A DNA stretch of 38,870 nt from Thermoproteota archaeon (GTDB taxonomy: Archaea > Korarchaeota > Korarchaeia > Korarchaeales > Korarchaeaceae), in the NCBI GenBank assembly GCA_027491435.1, contig JAOZFG010000006.1:1-38870 (forward strand), in the 5' to 3' direction. Within the stretch, counting starts at the first letter, position 1, and each line of letters opens with the position of its first letter. Under the pieces are notes generated by a model. That model searched no databases. It saw only the letters and a program-made list of their open reading frames with translations, and was not told where the DNA came from. Below, piece by piece: positions 27,243-37,219 of the stretch. The position numbers were made by a program, and so were the translations under genes.

Positions 27243-28033
27243 TGGCGCGTCAAGATTTTATGAACGGGCTGGTCAGAAAGCTAGACGAGGAGATAGCTGA
27301 AAGACTCAAAGGGGATGATGCTCTCCTTTCTGTCTACGAGTACCTGTCAAGCAATAAGAGGATAGCCGCTCTGCATGATATGGCCAATATCGTGCTTGTT
27401 CAGAGGCTTAAGTACAATGATCACGGTAGAGTTCATGCTAGAATTACCACCCTCAACGCCCTGAAGATCATAGACATCTTGGGGGAAAGGGTCGTCAAGG
27501 AGAGCTGGAGGACGTTCAGGGACTCTAAACTCATAGTCATGGTTGCCTCCTTCCTTCACGACATTGGGAATGCTATAAACAGGGAGGACCATGAGCTCTT
27601 AAGTGTTTTCCTATCAAGGCCCTTTGTGGAGGAGATCATGAACATGTTCTACGAGGACGAGCAGATGAAGGTGAAGATCAGTAGCATGATATACGAAGCT
27701 ATAATGTGTCACATGGGCAGGTACAGCCCAACTAGTTTGGAGGCAGGGATAGTAGCTACGGCAGATGGGTGCGATATGGAGGAGGAGAGGGCTAGGCTTC
27801 CCTTCAAGATGGGGGAGAAGGACATACACAAGTACTCCGCCTTGGCCATCCAAAAGGTCAATATAGTCCATGGTGAACAAAAGCCCCTGAGAATTGAGGT
27901 CAAGATGAAGGACCCAAGCGGCGTGTTTCAGATACAAGAGATATTAATGAAGAAGATTAAGGGGACTAACTTTCAGGATTACGTTGAAATAATTGCCGTA
28001 ATAAACGATAAAGAGATAATAAGGTTTATATAA
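27239..28033 (+). CDS. HD-superfamily phosphohydrolase (COG3294-like)
   Basis: YNDHG.VH, LHDIGN...R..H, CH, ADGCDM...RAR and IH..SA motifs. Confidence 0.85.
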   Translation: MMARQDFMNGLVRKLDEEIAERLKGDDALLSVYEYLSSNKRIAALHDMANIVLVQRLKYNDHGRVHARITTLNALKIIDILGERVVKESWRTFRDSKLIVMVASFLHDIGNAINREDHELLSVFLSRPFVEEIMNMFYEDEQMKVKISSMIYEAIMCHMGRYSPTSLEAGIVATADGCDMEEERARLPFKMGEKDIHKYSALAIQKVNIVHGEQKPLRIEVKMKDPSGVFQIQEILMKKIKGTNFQDYVEIIAVINDKEIIRFI

Positions 28034-29324
28034 GTAGGTACGAGTCGTACTCCAGCTTGCTTGGGTAAGAACCTATCCTGCTGGCCTCATCCCTTTTAAG
28101 CGATATGTAGGTCTCCAAGGCCTCCTTTGACATAACCTCCTGTAGATAGGAGTTATCAGACTCTAGCTCATCGAGGGCTTCGTGGAGGCTCCTAGGAAGC
28201 CTTTTGACTGGTGGTTTGCTGGAGTAAACGTTCTTATCGTAGGGATCGCCCGGGTCTATTTTCTTCTTTATCCCATCTAGACCAGCGGCAAAGGTCGCTG
28301 CGAAGGCCAGATACGGGTTCGCTGACGGGTCAGGTACCCTGAACTCTATCCTCTTTCCGCTGTGATCCCCCTTCCTGTAAACTGGAACCCTTACAGCAGC
28401 GCTCCTATTGGCCCTACCCCACACAGCGTAGATTGGCGCTTCAAATCCAGGAACTAACCTCTTATAGCTGTTAACGGTTGGAGCCACAAATGCGGCTAGA
28501 GATCCTATGTGCTCTAGAAGTCCGCCTATAAAGTACCTGCCAAGCTGACTAAGCTCAGCGTAATCATCGTCAGGGTCGTAGAACAGGTTCTTGCTGTCAT
28601 CCCAAAGGCTTAGGTGTAGGTGCATTCCACTCCCATTGTCGTGAGCTATTGGCTTAGGCATGAAGGTAACTATTATTCCCTGCCTCTGGCCCTCCTCCTT
28701 GAGAAGCCTCTTTATCCTGACCACATCGTCTGCTGCCTTGAGCGGGCTCTTTGACTCCGTGCTGACCTCTGACTGGCCTACTCCTACCTCATGGTGAAAA
28801 GATTTCACTTTAAAGCCAGCAGCCTCAAGCCTCTCCACCGAGGACAGCCTAAAGTTGTATAGCGGATCTGAAGGGGAGGCGTTGTGATAATTGGCCTTTG
28901 GAATTGCTGCAGGAGATGCTATCGGGTTCAGGTCCTTGTCCAAGGTCATAAATTCAAGCTCTGCTCCTATCACTCCTCTATATCCCTCCTCCTCCAGCTT
29001 CTTTTCAAGTAACTCAACTATGTACCTGGGATCCTTGGGAGACCTCCTAGATTCGAAGGGTTCCCATATCTCGCATAACAACCTGACTACCTTGTCCAAG
29101 TAAACGGCCGTGTCCGGCGAAGGTTTCAGAGTGTAATCGCTCCACTCTATAACGGAAAGTCCAACGCTGCTGGCGTCAAATGAACCGCTCTTCTTTAGGG
29201 CTAAAAGGTTGAGGGAAGTCATGGTACTCCTTAGAGTCCCTAAAAGGTCCATGTACTCTAGTTCAGCCCACCTTATGCCCTTGGAAGCGGCTTCTTCAAT
29301 AACCTCTTCTAGGTTAGCTGGCAT
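28026..29324 (-). CDS. glnA: Glutamine synthetase type I
   Basis: FDASS, ELEF, HHEV..GQ.E, TFMPKP...NGSGMH.H, NSYKRLVPGFEAP, NRSA.VRVP and EFR.PDP.ANPY motifs. Confidence 0.95.
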   Translation of the reverse strand: MPANLEEVIEEAASKGIRWAELEYMDLLGTLRSTMTSLNLLALKKSGSFDASSVGLSVIEWSDYTLKPSPDTAVYLDKVVRLLCEIWEPFESRRSPKDPRYIVELLEKKLEEEGYRGVIGAELEFMTLDKDLNPIASPAAIPKANYHNASPSDPLYNFRLSSVERLEAAGFKVKSFHHEVGVGQSEVSTESKSPLKAADDVVRIKRLLKEEGQRQGIIVTFMPKPIAHDNGSGMHLHLSLWDDSKNLFYDPDDDYAELSQLGRYFIGGLLEHIGSLAAFVAPTVNSYKRLVPGFEAPIYAVWGRANRSAAVRVPVYRKGDHSGKRIEFRVPDPSANPYLAFAATFAAGLDGIKKKIDPGDPYDKNVYSSKPPVKRLPRSLHEALDELESDNSYLQEVMSKEALETYISLKRDEASRIGSYPSKLEYDSYLLI

Positions 29325-29411
29325 AAGGATTAGGTAACCCTCCCTTAAAATAGGTTAACTGTGAAAAGGAGGAAATGGTGTTTATCTGTCAATTTCATAT
29401 TTTGTTTTGAA

Positions 29412-30014
29412 TTATAAGTACGATTCAAGGCCCTGAGATGACCTTTTTATAAGATTCCTTAACTTTAAAAAGTCATCTTGGAGCAGGGATCTCAGGTTAG
29501 GATTATAAAGAGCTGCTGCTGGATGCAGCGTTGGCATTATGGTCCTTTCCCTATCGACCAGCTTTCCCCTAAATATTCTTCCCCTAATTGCCATAATTGA
29601 TTTGAATTTACGACCCATCAAACCGAGAATGAATTTGGTGCTGTGCCTTCCCAAGGTAACTATTATTGACGGGTCTATTAGCTCTATCTGCTTGAGGAGG
29701 TAGGGTGAACAGGCCCTGATCTCCCCTTCACTAGGATCTCTGTTACCGGGGGGCCTGCATTTAACCAGATTAGTTATGTAAACGTCAGATCTAGTAAGTC
29801 CTATGCTTGTCAGCAACTCGTCTAGCAGTTTCCCAGCAGCTCCAACGAAAGGTCTTCCTTGAAGGTCTTCGTTTCGCCCTGGAGCCTCTCCTATAAAGAA
29901 AACCTTTGGCGTGTAGCTCCCCTCCCCGGGAACAGCGTTAGTCCTGGTCTCGTGGAGGGGACACCTCTTGCAGCCCCTTATCTGTTCCTCTAATCTTCTG
30001 AGCTCGTCTATCAA
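29412..30014 (-). CDS. udg: Family 4 uracil-DNA glycosylase
   Basis: C..C.L 4Fe-4S ligands; GEAPG..ED..G.PFVG, N.VKCRPP.NR.P and HPAA motifs. Confidence 0.95.
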   Translation of the reverse strand: MIDELRRLEEQIRGCKRCPLHETRTNAVPGEGSYTPKVFFIGEAPGRNEDLQGRPFVGAAGKLLDELLTSIGLTRSDVYITNLVKCRPPGNRDPSEGEIRACSPYLLKQIELIDPSIIVTLGRHSTKFILGLMGRKFKSIMAIRGRIFRGKLVDRERTIMPTLHPAAALYNPNLRSLLQDDFLKLRNLIKRSSQGLESYL

Positions 30015-30802
30015 AGCCTCACCCTGACTATTGGAGGCATGGTCCTCTTGTGAGCTGACTTAGAGTGAAGGTCAAGCACTCTATTAACTGCCTCCTCCCC
30101 GAACATGGAATAGACCATCTTTACGTCAAGCCTTAAGTCGAATAGAGAGTGTAGGATCAGGTCTATTTTCTCGTAAGGTAAGCCCAGCTCCCCTTCAGCA
30201 GTTTGACCCTCCCACAACCTGGGGCTGCTGGGCTTCTTCACTATGTTCTCGGGGACCCCTAGGTATTCCCCAAGCCACCTAACCTGAGTTTTGTAAAGGT
30301 CCCCTATAGGAAGGAAGTCTACGCCTCCGTCCCCGTACTTGGTGAAATAGCCCAACAGGATCTCGCTTCTATCGCCAGTCCCGACAACCAGCAGGTTCTT
30401 AGTGTTTGCCACGAAGTAAAGAAGGGCCATCCTTATTCTAGCCCGCAAGTTCCCCACAGCCACTTTATCGCCCCATTTGAAGATCTTGGTCTCGGAGAAG
30501 GCCCTCACTATGCTGGAGATCTCTATTATCTCGTACTTAACCCCTAACTCTCTTACGACCAATAGGGCGTCTTCTATGTCCTCATTGGGCGTCACTTCAG
30601 AGTCTGGCATTATCAGTGCCATCACCCTGTCCTTTCCTAGGGATCTAGCCATAAGGTAGGCTGTAACGGCAGAGTCAACTCCTCCGCTGACCCCCAGAAC
30701 TACCCCATTTGACTTAGCCCCTGCTACCATGCCCTTAACGAACCCAGATATCCTCTCAACTACGTCTTTCCACTCCAGCCTCAGGTCGTCAAGCGATACC
30801 AT
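30011..30802 (-). CDS. nadE: NH3-dependent NAD+ synthetase
   Basis: SGGVDS, N..ARIRM, GYFTKYGDGG, LYKTQV and K.SSP.LW.GQT.E motifs. Confidence 0.96.
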   Translation of the reverse strand: MVSLDDLRLEWKDVVERISGFVKGMVAGAKSNGVVLGVSGGVDSAVTAYLMARSLGKDRVMALIMPDSEVTPNEDIEDALLVVRELGVKYEIIEISSIVRAFSETKIFKWGDKVAVGNLRARIRMALLYFVANTKNLLVVGTGDRSEILLGYFTKYGDGGVDFLPIGDLYKTQVRWLGEYLGVPENIVKKPSSPRLWEGQTAEGELGLPYEKIDLILHSLFDLRLDVKMVYSMFGEEAVNRVLDLHSKSAHKRTMPPIVRVRL

Positions 30803-30849
30803 ATTAAGTTCGGTCCGCCCAATATTTTAAACGTCTTAGGGGGTAAGAG

Positions 30850-31434
30850 TTGAACTGGCTCGGCTTGGCGTCCCTGATAGTCTTGTTGAGCGCTATAGGC
30901 GTAACCTGGTGGAGTGTGGAAGGCTACCTAGCTGAGCCTGTAAGCGCCTTCAGTTATAACGGAAATCCCTTAACTTTCGTGTGGTCCTCTAAGAAAGGCG
31001 GGTTGGAACTAACTCTAAAAACCCTGGCCAAGCTCTCTAGCGAGGGCAAGCTCCCCCCAGGGGTGAGCCATAGGACGGGCCTGATAAGGCTCTTTCTCTA
31101 CCTAGTCACGGTGTCTCTGGTGATCTCCTTAATACTGGCCATAGTGGCTTTGATATTCGAATGGCCAGAGGGATATTTTTTAGCGGCCCTCTTCTCACTG
31201 CTAGCGTTGACGTTTTATGAGCTAGCCTTCATAACAGCGGAGATACCGAGGAATTTCATGCTAACCTTCGGCGATGACTTTTGGATAAGGTGGCACGAGG
31301 GCTCTGGCAAGTTCGTCGACGTGTTGGCCACCATACTCCTGGCTGCCTCAGGAATCTTAGGCAAGGTTATCAGAGAGAGGAGCTTTGTAGGGCCTAGAAG
31401 GCCGCCCAGGAGGAGGGCCAGGTATTGGTGGTAG
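30850..31434 (+). CDS. Hypothetical membrane protein (about 4 TM helices)
   Basis: Hydrophobic segments and an Arg-rich tail; fills the gap between nadE and argS. Confidence 0.7.
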   Translation: MNWLGLASLIVLLSAIGVTWWSVEGYLAEPVSAFSYNGNPLTFVWSSKKGGLELTLKTLAKLSSEGKLPPGVSHRTGLIRLFLYLVTVSLVISLILAIVALIFEWPEGYFLAALFSLLALTFYELAFITAEIPRNFMLTFGDDFWIRWHEGSGKFVDVLATILLAASGILGKVIRERSFVGPRRPPRRRARYWW

Positions 31435-31435
31435 C

Positions 31436-33367
31436 CTACATCTTCTCTACCCTAGGAATTCCTAAGAGATCCATGGACACCCCAAGGACTCCCTTGAAGG
31501 CCTTAACCAAGGCCAGCCTCGCTGGCTCATACTCCCCTGACCCGACTACCTTGTATCTCTCGTAAAACCTGTTGAACAGCATACATAGCTCGTTAGCGTA
31601 TTGTGATACCAAGTCTGGCCTCATGAACTCTATGGCACCCCTGACAACCTCAGGAAACTCTCCTATCTTGAACATGAGCTCCCTTTCCAGCTCTGAAGAT
31701 AGCAGAGATACGTCATACTTCACTACTTCCTTAGAAGCCTTCCTTAAGATGCCTAAGGCCCTCGTGTAAGAGTACTGTATGAAGGGGCCGCTGTTGGACT
31801 CGAAGTCCAGCACCCTGTCCCAGCTGAACTGGATAACCTTTATCGGGGATACGCTAACTAGGGCGTACCTTACAGCCCCCACCGCCACCTTCTCAGATAT
31901 TTCCTCTACCTCCTCCTCGCTAAACTCTCCCCTGTTGGACAATATTTCCTTCACTTTTGCTTTGGCCTCATCTAGTAGATCGTCCAGAGTGACGTACCTG
32001 GCCTTTCTACCGGACATTCTCATGCCCACAAGGTTTACCATCTCGTAAGCCAGGTGTACTATCTTGTCAGCGCTGTACCCCATTAACGCCACGCTAGCTC
32101 TGACCTGTTTCTGCTCCAACGTTTGTTCAGTTGCTATTACGTTGTAGCACCTCTCAACTCCAACTCCCTCGATCTTGTATAGGGAGTAAGCTACGTCGGT
32201 GCCCGTGTAGAGCCAAGTACCGTCAGACCTCGTCAGGTAGAATTTCTGAGGGACTACTTGATCTAGTGAGCCTTCCTCAACGAGCTCCTTCACCTGCTCT
32301 TCCGATAAACCGAATATCTTTCTCACGTCATCTCTTTCGAGGAGGGCCTTCCTCAGGTCTACGTATATAGCTTTACCCTCCCTCCCCAAGTATCCGGATT
32401 CTTCCAGCTTTTTCAACGCCTTTTCCGTCCACCCTCTCCAGATGAGCTCGCTTTCCCAGTCCAGCGAGTCATACCTTATGCCCATCCTGCCCAGAGTCTG
32501 GAGGAAGCCCTCCATGACCGATTCGGCTACTTCCCTGAATATCGGCTTTACCTCCTCATCCCCCCTTTGATACCTCTTTAACAGCTCTGCTGTCTCCTCT
32601 AGAGATACCTTGCCCAATATGAGGTCCACCATCTCGGGCTCCTTCTCCCTTATCCTGTTCACCGCCTCAAGCCAATCTTCATACTCCCTCCTGGCCTCCT
32701 TATCATCCAACTTGCTTTCTAACTCCTTCATCTCCACTGAAGCGTTAGCTAAGGCGTATATGAGGCCGAACCAGTGGTCCAGTTTCCCCTTAGGCTTGAG
32801 ATTCCTGGCCTTAATCCTACCGGCTGCCGCCAGGGCTACCTGTAGGTTGCAGTCGTTCACCAAATAGTGAACAGTCACGTTGTAACCGGAAAACCTGAGT
32901 ATTCTGGAGTAGGAGTCCCCTATAACCGCATTTCTTCCACCTCCAACGTGAAGCGGGTGTACTGGATTGACGCTCGTGTGTTCGACCATCACGAAGTTCA
33001 GCTTCAGGGAGTCTGGCTTTACCCCCCTGCCCAGGTTCCCTGAGGAAGCCAGGGATAGCACGTCCTTGAACAGGGACTCGCTTACCTTAAGGTTTATGTA
33101 GCCGCCCACCGGCTTAATCTCCTCAGCGTAAAGTATGTCCTCAACTTTCAGCGATTCGGCCACCTTCCTAGACGCCTCATCGGGCCTTAAACCCAGTTTC
33201 TTAGCTAGTTTAAATCCTACGGGTAATCCTAGCATGTCTGTCGTCTTGGGAACCCTGCTAACGTGGAATGGCTTGAAAATGGGCTCTAGGCCCACACCCC
33301 TAAGGGCCTCGTTAACTGCGGTGGCGAAGCTTTTCTTTAGGGAACCTACAGGGTCCATGTCCAGCAC
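31436..33367 (-). CDS. argS: Arginyl-tRNA synthetase
   Basis: EHTSVNP..PLHVG..RN (HIGH), RSDGT.LY...D.AY, MSGRK and GPFIQYSY.R motifs. The start may be ATG 33358. Confidence 0.96.
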   Translation of the reverse strand: MLDMDPVGSLKKSFATAVNEALRGVGLEPIFKPFHVSRVPKTTDMLGLPVGFKLAKKLGLRPDEASRKVAESLKVEDILYAEEIKPVGGYINLKVSESLFKDVLSLASSGNLGRGVKPDSLKLNFVMVEHTSVNPVHPLHVGGGRNAVIGDSYSRILRFSGYNVTVHYLVNDCNLQVALAAAGRIKARNLKPKGKLDHWFGLIYALANASVEMKELESKLDDKEARREYEDWLEAVNRIREKEPEMVDLILGKVSLEETAELLKRYQRGDEEVKPIFREVAESVMEGFLQTLGRMGIRYDSLDWESELIWRGWTEKALKKLEESGYLGREGKAIYVDLRKALLERDDVRKIFGLSEEQVKELVEEGSLDQVVPQKFYLTRSDGTWLYTGTDVAYSLYKIEGVGVERCYNVIATEQTLEQKQVRASVALMGYSADKIVHLAYEMVNLVGMRMSGRKARYVTLDDLLDEAKAKVKEILSNRGEFSEEEVEEISEKVAVGAVRYALVSVSPIKVIQFSWDRVLDFESNSGPFIQYSYTRALGILRKASKEVVKYDVSLLSSELERELMFKIGEFPEVVRGAIEFMRPDLVSQYANELCMLFNRFYERYKVVGSGEYEPARLALVKAFKGVLGVSMDLLGIPRVEKM

Positions 33368-33399
33368 CTTTCCTTGGTAGTGGGAGAGGTCCCGATAAA

Positions 33400-34290
33400 A
33401 TGTTGACCCCGTTCCAGTTGGCTTTGATCAAGGTGCTCTCTTCAATTCCACCCGGCAAGGTGGCCAGCTTTGGCTCTATAGCTGAAGCTTTGGGAGATAG
33501 AAGGGCTGCTTTAGCCGTGAGGAGCGAGTGTTTGAGGTTAAGGAAACTTAACGTTGAAGTTCCCTGGTGGAGGGCCGTAAACTCTGATGGAGTTCCGTTA
33601 AAGGAGGCCATCCCTTTCCTTAAGAGAGAAGGGGCTTTGAGGGGGAGTGTTGTAGAGAGGGAGCTCTTCGTGGATCCTCCGGAGAAGGAGCCTTTCCTCT
33701 CCAGGCTTAGGGCCATCCAAGAGAAGCTCTCTGAGAGGCTGGTGATAGGGGGCCTCCCAGATTCTGAGGTCGCTGGTGGCTTGGACGTCTCCTACTCCTT
33801 AGTTAACGGGATAGAAGTGGCCTACGCCTCCTGCGTCTTAGTGGACGAAAGGTTAAGGGTCGTGAAGGTGGAGAGGTTCAGCTACGTCCCTCCTATGCCT
33901 TACGTGCCCACATACTTGGCGTTTAGGGAGATAAGGGGCATGCTCGTAACCGCCAGAAGATGTAAGCCCGACGTGCTCTTCGTGGACGGTCAGGGAATCC
34001 TTCACCCTAGGCTGCTAGGGGAGGCCAGTCACGTGGGACTCGTAGCTGGGATCCCATCAATAGGGGTGGCTAAATCTAAGTTGGTGGGCAATCTTAAAGG
34101 GAACAAGATTTTCGTAGGGAAGGAGCACAGGGGGTGGCACTTCAGGGGGGGTTTCGTCTCCCCCGGTCACATGGTGGGCGTTAAAGAGTCTTTAGAGATA
34201 GCTAAGAAGTTCTGGTTGCCAGGGGAAAAGCAACCTAGGCCGCTAATACTGGCTCACAGGGACTCAAAATCTAGTAGACGTTTGGCTTGA
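33400..34290 (+). CDS. nfi: Fusion of an alkyltransferase-like DNA-binding domain and endonuclease V
   Basis: N-terminal IPPGKV.S.G.IA..LG...VPWWRAV (AGT/ATL fold); C-terminal EndoV motifs GLDVSY, PYVPTYLAFRE, VDGQGILHPR..G.A.H, IGVAKS and FVSPGH. Confidence 0.88.
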   Translation: MLTPFQLALIKVLSSIPPGKVASFGSIAEALGDRRAALAVRSECLRLRKLNVEVPWWRAVNSDGVPLKEAIPFLKREGALRGSVVERELFVDPPEKEPFLSRLRAIQEKLSERLVIGGLPDSEVAGGLDVSYSLVNGIEVAYASCVLVDERLRVVKVERFSYVPPMPYVPTYLAFREIRGMLVTARRCKPDVLFVDGQGILHPRLLGEASHVGLVAGIPSIGVAKSKLVGNLKGNKIFVGKEHRGWHFRGGFVSPGHMVGVKESLEIAKKFWLPGEKQPRPLILAHRDSKSSRRLA

Positions 34291-34672
34291 GCCTGTACAC
34301 CTTGCCCCTTCCCTCACCACTGATCCTTTCCACTATCCCTTTCCTCTCCAGGGCTAACAGCCTTTTCGCTACGATCCTCCTTGAGGCGGATCCTCTCACC
34401 CTCCTGACCTCTTCAGTTATCTGGGATATGTTCATTGGGCCTCTGCTGGCCAGGGTTCTGACTATTGCTTTATCTATGTCGTCGACCACTTGTTGGGCCA
34501 GCCTCTCTATCCTGGCCACACTCCCTAACACGGCAGTGTAGGACCTCAGCAAAGATTTGTAGCTCTCAATTACCTTCTCCTCGACCTCCAGTTTATTAAG
34601 CCTCTTCTCAAGGCTGTCCAACCTTTCTATTACCTTCAGCAGCAGTTCTCTGATTTCATCAAGTTCACCCAT
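34271..34672 (-). CDS. Coiled-coil plus winged-helix DNA-binding protein
   Basis: N-terminal heptads; GPMNISQIT...RGSASRRIVAKRL..LE.KGIV wHTH. Confidence 0.75.
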   Translation of the reverse strand: MGELDEIRELLLKVIERLDSLEKRLNKLEVEEKVIESYKSLLRSYTAVLGSVARIERLAQQVVDDIDKAIVRTLASRGPMNISQITEEVRRVRGSASRRIVAKRLLALERKGIVERISGEGRGKVYRLKPNVY

Positions 34673-34896
34673 TCTAGAAGACCTCCTACGTCAGGCACTA
34701 AGATCTCTAAGAGTTCTCTAGCCGTATTCTCAGGTAATCCATGGGCATTGAACACTTTCTGAGCCTCTCTCCTGACCCTCCACCTCTTGTAGACGTATTT
34801 CAGGTATAGGAAGAGCGCAAGCGAGGCAGGTAACGCTAGTAACAGGATCGCCCTTATCAGAGAGAGGGTCAGCTTAAGGGCCTTTAAGGCCCTCAA
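34636..34896 (-). CDS. Small membrane protein
   Basis: Hydrophobic N-terminal helix; ATGA overlap with the upstream gene. Confidence 0.65.
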   Translation of the reverse strand: MRALKALKLTLSLIRAILLLALPASLALFLYLKYVYKRWRVRREAQKVFNAHGLPENTARELLEILVPDVGGLLEWVNLMKSENCC

Positions 34897-35186
34897 TCCT
34901 CCTCTTCCCTCCCGCTAGACATTATGTATTTTACCAAAGCAACTGGGTTTACGAAATGTTCCCTTACCAGCTTGAGGGCTAGATTTTCAGGTACGCCGTT
35001 ATTTATCAGCTCCTTGTAGAATATGGCTATGGCCTTAGCCCTCTCCCTAGCGCTCTCAGCGTCGTAAGTTATTTCCATGAGTTCCTTCAAGGACTCTATA
35101 ACATTTCTCACGAGCCTGGGCAACTCTTCCCCTACTACCTTCAACACTTCCTTGAGCTCTTCAACGTCCTCTGAGGAGTCCTCCAT
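34893..35186 (-). CDS. Small helical hypothetical protein
   Basis: ATG 35186 with GGTGA SD; A.AIA.FYKEL...GVP...A..L motif. Confidence 0.7.
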   Translation of the reverse strand: MEDSSEDVEELKEVLKVVGEELPRLVRNVIESLKELMEITYDAESARERAKAIAIFYKELINNGVPENLALKLVREHFVNPVALVKYIMSSGREEED

Positions 35187-35250
35187 CTTATCACCAGTTA
35201 TACAAGTGTTCACGAATTAAAAGCAATTTGGGCAAGGGTGAGCAGGTATT

Positions 35251-36330
35251 TCACAGGGGCATTATGTTGCCGCTGCTCTCCCTACATTTGCCAACGATGG
35301 GTATCTTCTCCCCACACCTGGGGCACCTGTTATCCTCCGTCAGGTTGCACCTGAGAATGCTGAACCCCCTCCTCTCTATCAACAGCTCACCGCACTTTGG
35401 GCAGTAGGTGTTCTCATTTGGATCACCAGGGACGTTACCTGAGTAAACGTACTTGGCTCCCTCCTCCCTGGCTATTTCAACCGCCATCTTAACTGTACTC
35501 ACGGGAGTAGGTGGAACGTGTTGCATCTTGTACATTGGGTAAAACCTGGAGAAGTGTATGGGCACGTCCTCACCCACTTCGTTGACGACCCACCTGGAGA
35601 AGTCCCTTATCTCCTTCGGATCGTCGTTTAGGGTGGGTATTATCAGGTAGGTGACCTCCACGTGCTTCCCCTTCTCCTTTAACTCCACCACCGTGTCTAA
35701 CACGGGCTGCATTGAGGGAGCCTTCGTCACTTTCCTGTAGAAATCGTCTCTAAATGCTTTGACGTCGACGTTGGCCCCGTCTATCAGGGGTATTAACATC
35801 TCTCGAGACTCCTCGCTCCAGTATCCGTTGGTCACGCTTAGCGTGTGAATTCCCCTTTCCTTTGACAGTTTTGCCGTGTCTAATACCCATTCAAAGCTTA
35901 CTATGGTCGGCTCATTGTAAGTGAACGCTATACTCGACGCTCCGAGCTCCACAGCCTCTTTTACAGCTTCCTCCGGAGAGAGCTCCTTCAACCAGGGGTA
36001 GCTCTCAGGATCCTGCTGACTTATCAGCCAGTTTTGACAGTGCTCACAGAAGAGGTTGCACCCCACGGTGCCGACGCTGTAGGCCCATGTACCTGGCATG
36101 TAGTGGAAGAAGGGCTTCTTCTCTATGGGGTCCAAGGCCACGCTGCTAACCAACCCGTAATTGACCTCACACAATATCCCGTTTACATTTATTTTTGTCC
36201 TGCATAGACCGTAGAATCCTTCAGGAATTATGCATTTTCTGGGACAAGTCAGGCATCTAACCCTGTTATCATCCAGCTTCTGGTAAAGGGAGGATTCAAC
36301 CCTATACTTTTCAGAACACCTTCCCGGCAT
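35251..36330 (-). CDS. amrS: AmmeMemoRadiSAM system radical SAM enzyme
   Basis: N-terminal C..CP..C...G.C; DPIEKKP; GCNLFCEHCQNW.ISQ; TYNEP; HFSRF.P; C-terminal zinc ribbons. Confidence 0.9.
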   Translation of the reverse strand: MPGRCSEKYRVESSLYQKLDDNRVRCLTCPRKCIIPEGFYGLCRTKINVNGILCEVNYGLVSSVALDPIEKKPFFHYMPGTWAYSVGTVGCNLFCEHCQNWLISQQDPESYPWLKELSPEEAVKEAVELGASSIAFTYNEPTIVSFEWVLDTAKLSKERGIHTLSVTNGYWSEESREMLIPLIDGANVDVKAFRDDFYRKVTKAPSMQPVLDTVVELKEKGKHVEVTYLIIPTLNDDPKEIRDFSRWVVNEVGEDVPIHFSRFYPMYKMQHVPPTPVSTVKMAVEIAREEGAKYVYSGNVPGDPNENTYCPKCGELLIERRGFSILRCNLTEDNRCPRCGEKIPIVGKCRESSGNIMPL

Positions 36331-36460
36331 TTCCCCCTTAAATACGCCCTCCCTAGCTTATAACGACAACACGTCTCTGAGAAAAGCGCTATCCCCTGCA
36401 GGGGCTAGCCCGGGAAAAGGGCCTTTAGCTTACCTTGCCCCTAGGTTAAGTCCTTATTTA

Positions 36461-37219
36461 TTGACCAGGGTAATACTGGGTGATACCATAGACGTTGAAA
36501 TAGTGGAAACTGCTGTTGAGGTGAGAAACCCCCTACTAATTCTGGCCGTCCCCGGCGCTGGATTGGTTGGGGTAATAGCGGCCGATCACCTAATTAAATC
36601 AATGGGTCTAAAGGAAATAGGTAAAGTGGATTCTCCCACCTTCCCGCCAGTTATAGCGATAAAGGACGGAGTGGCCAAGGACACCATAAAGATATACGGA
36701 GGAAATAACGTGTACGTGGTCAAGGCAGACGTCCCCTTGCCTATCACATCCCTCGCTCAGCTTACCACAGCTGTCTTGGACTGGATAGCTAAGAAGAGAC
36801 CCAGGTTAGCCATGGTGATCGGGGGGATACCTGAGGAGGAGAGGCTGAAGATAGCCACCCCGACTGTGATGAAGGTCTACAACAGTGACGAGGCAAAGGC
36901 AGCTGGGGAGAAGATAAGGGGGGAGTTCATGAAGGACGGATACCTATCGGGCTACGCGGCCTTCTTCCTGAGGGAGGCCTCTAGGCGTGGGGTGCCAGCG
37001 GTGGCGTTGATAGTTCAGTCTTTTGCCGTATATCCAGATCCAGGAGCCGCCGCTGAAGCGTCGAGGGCCATAGAACCTCTGTTAGGAGTAGAACTTGACA
37101 TATCAAAATTGGAGGAGGAGTCCGAGACGATAAGGCTGAAGCTGAAGGAGCTCATGAGCCAGACCATGAAAGCCATGCCGAAGGAGGAGTTATCTGCAAC
37201 TCCCATGTATATAGGGTGA
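36461..37219 (+). CDS. PAC2-family proteasome assembly chaperone
   Basis: PG.GLVG.IA..HLI, PPV and YPDPGAA motifs; helical C-terminus ending MYIG. Confidence 0.88.
   Translation: MTRVILGDTIDVEIVETAVEVRNPLLILAVPGAGLVGVIAADHLIKSMGLKEIGKVDSPTFPPVIAIKDGVAKDTIKIYGGNNVYVVKADVPLPITSLAQLTTAVLDWIAKKRPRLAMVIGGIPEEERLKIATPTVMKVYNSDEAKAAGEKIRGEFMKDGYLSGYAAFFLREASRRGVPAVALIVQSFAVYPDPGAAAEASRAIEPLLGVELDISKLEEESETIRLKLKELMSQTMKAMPKEELSATPMYIG

Noticed and set aside
29325-29411. NrpR or GlnR operator upstream of glnA
   Set aside because: Only a partial match (GGAA-N6-TTTA); no complete palindrome.
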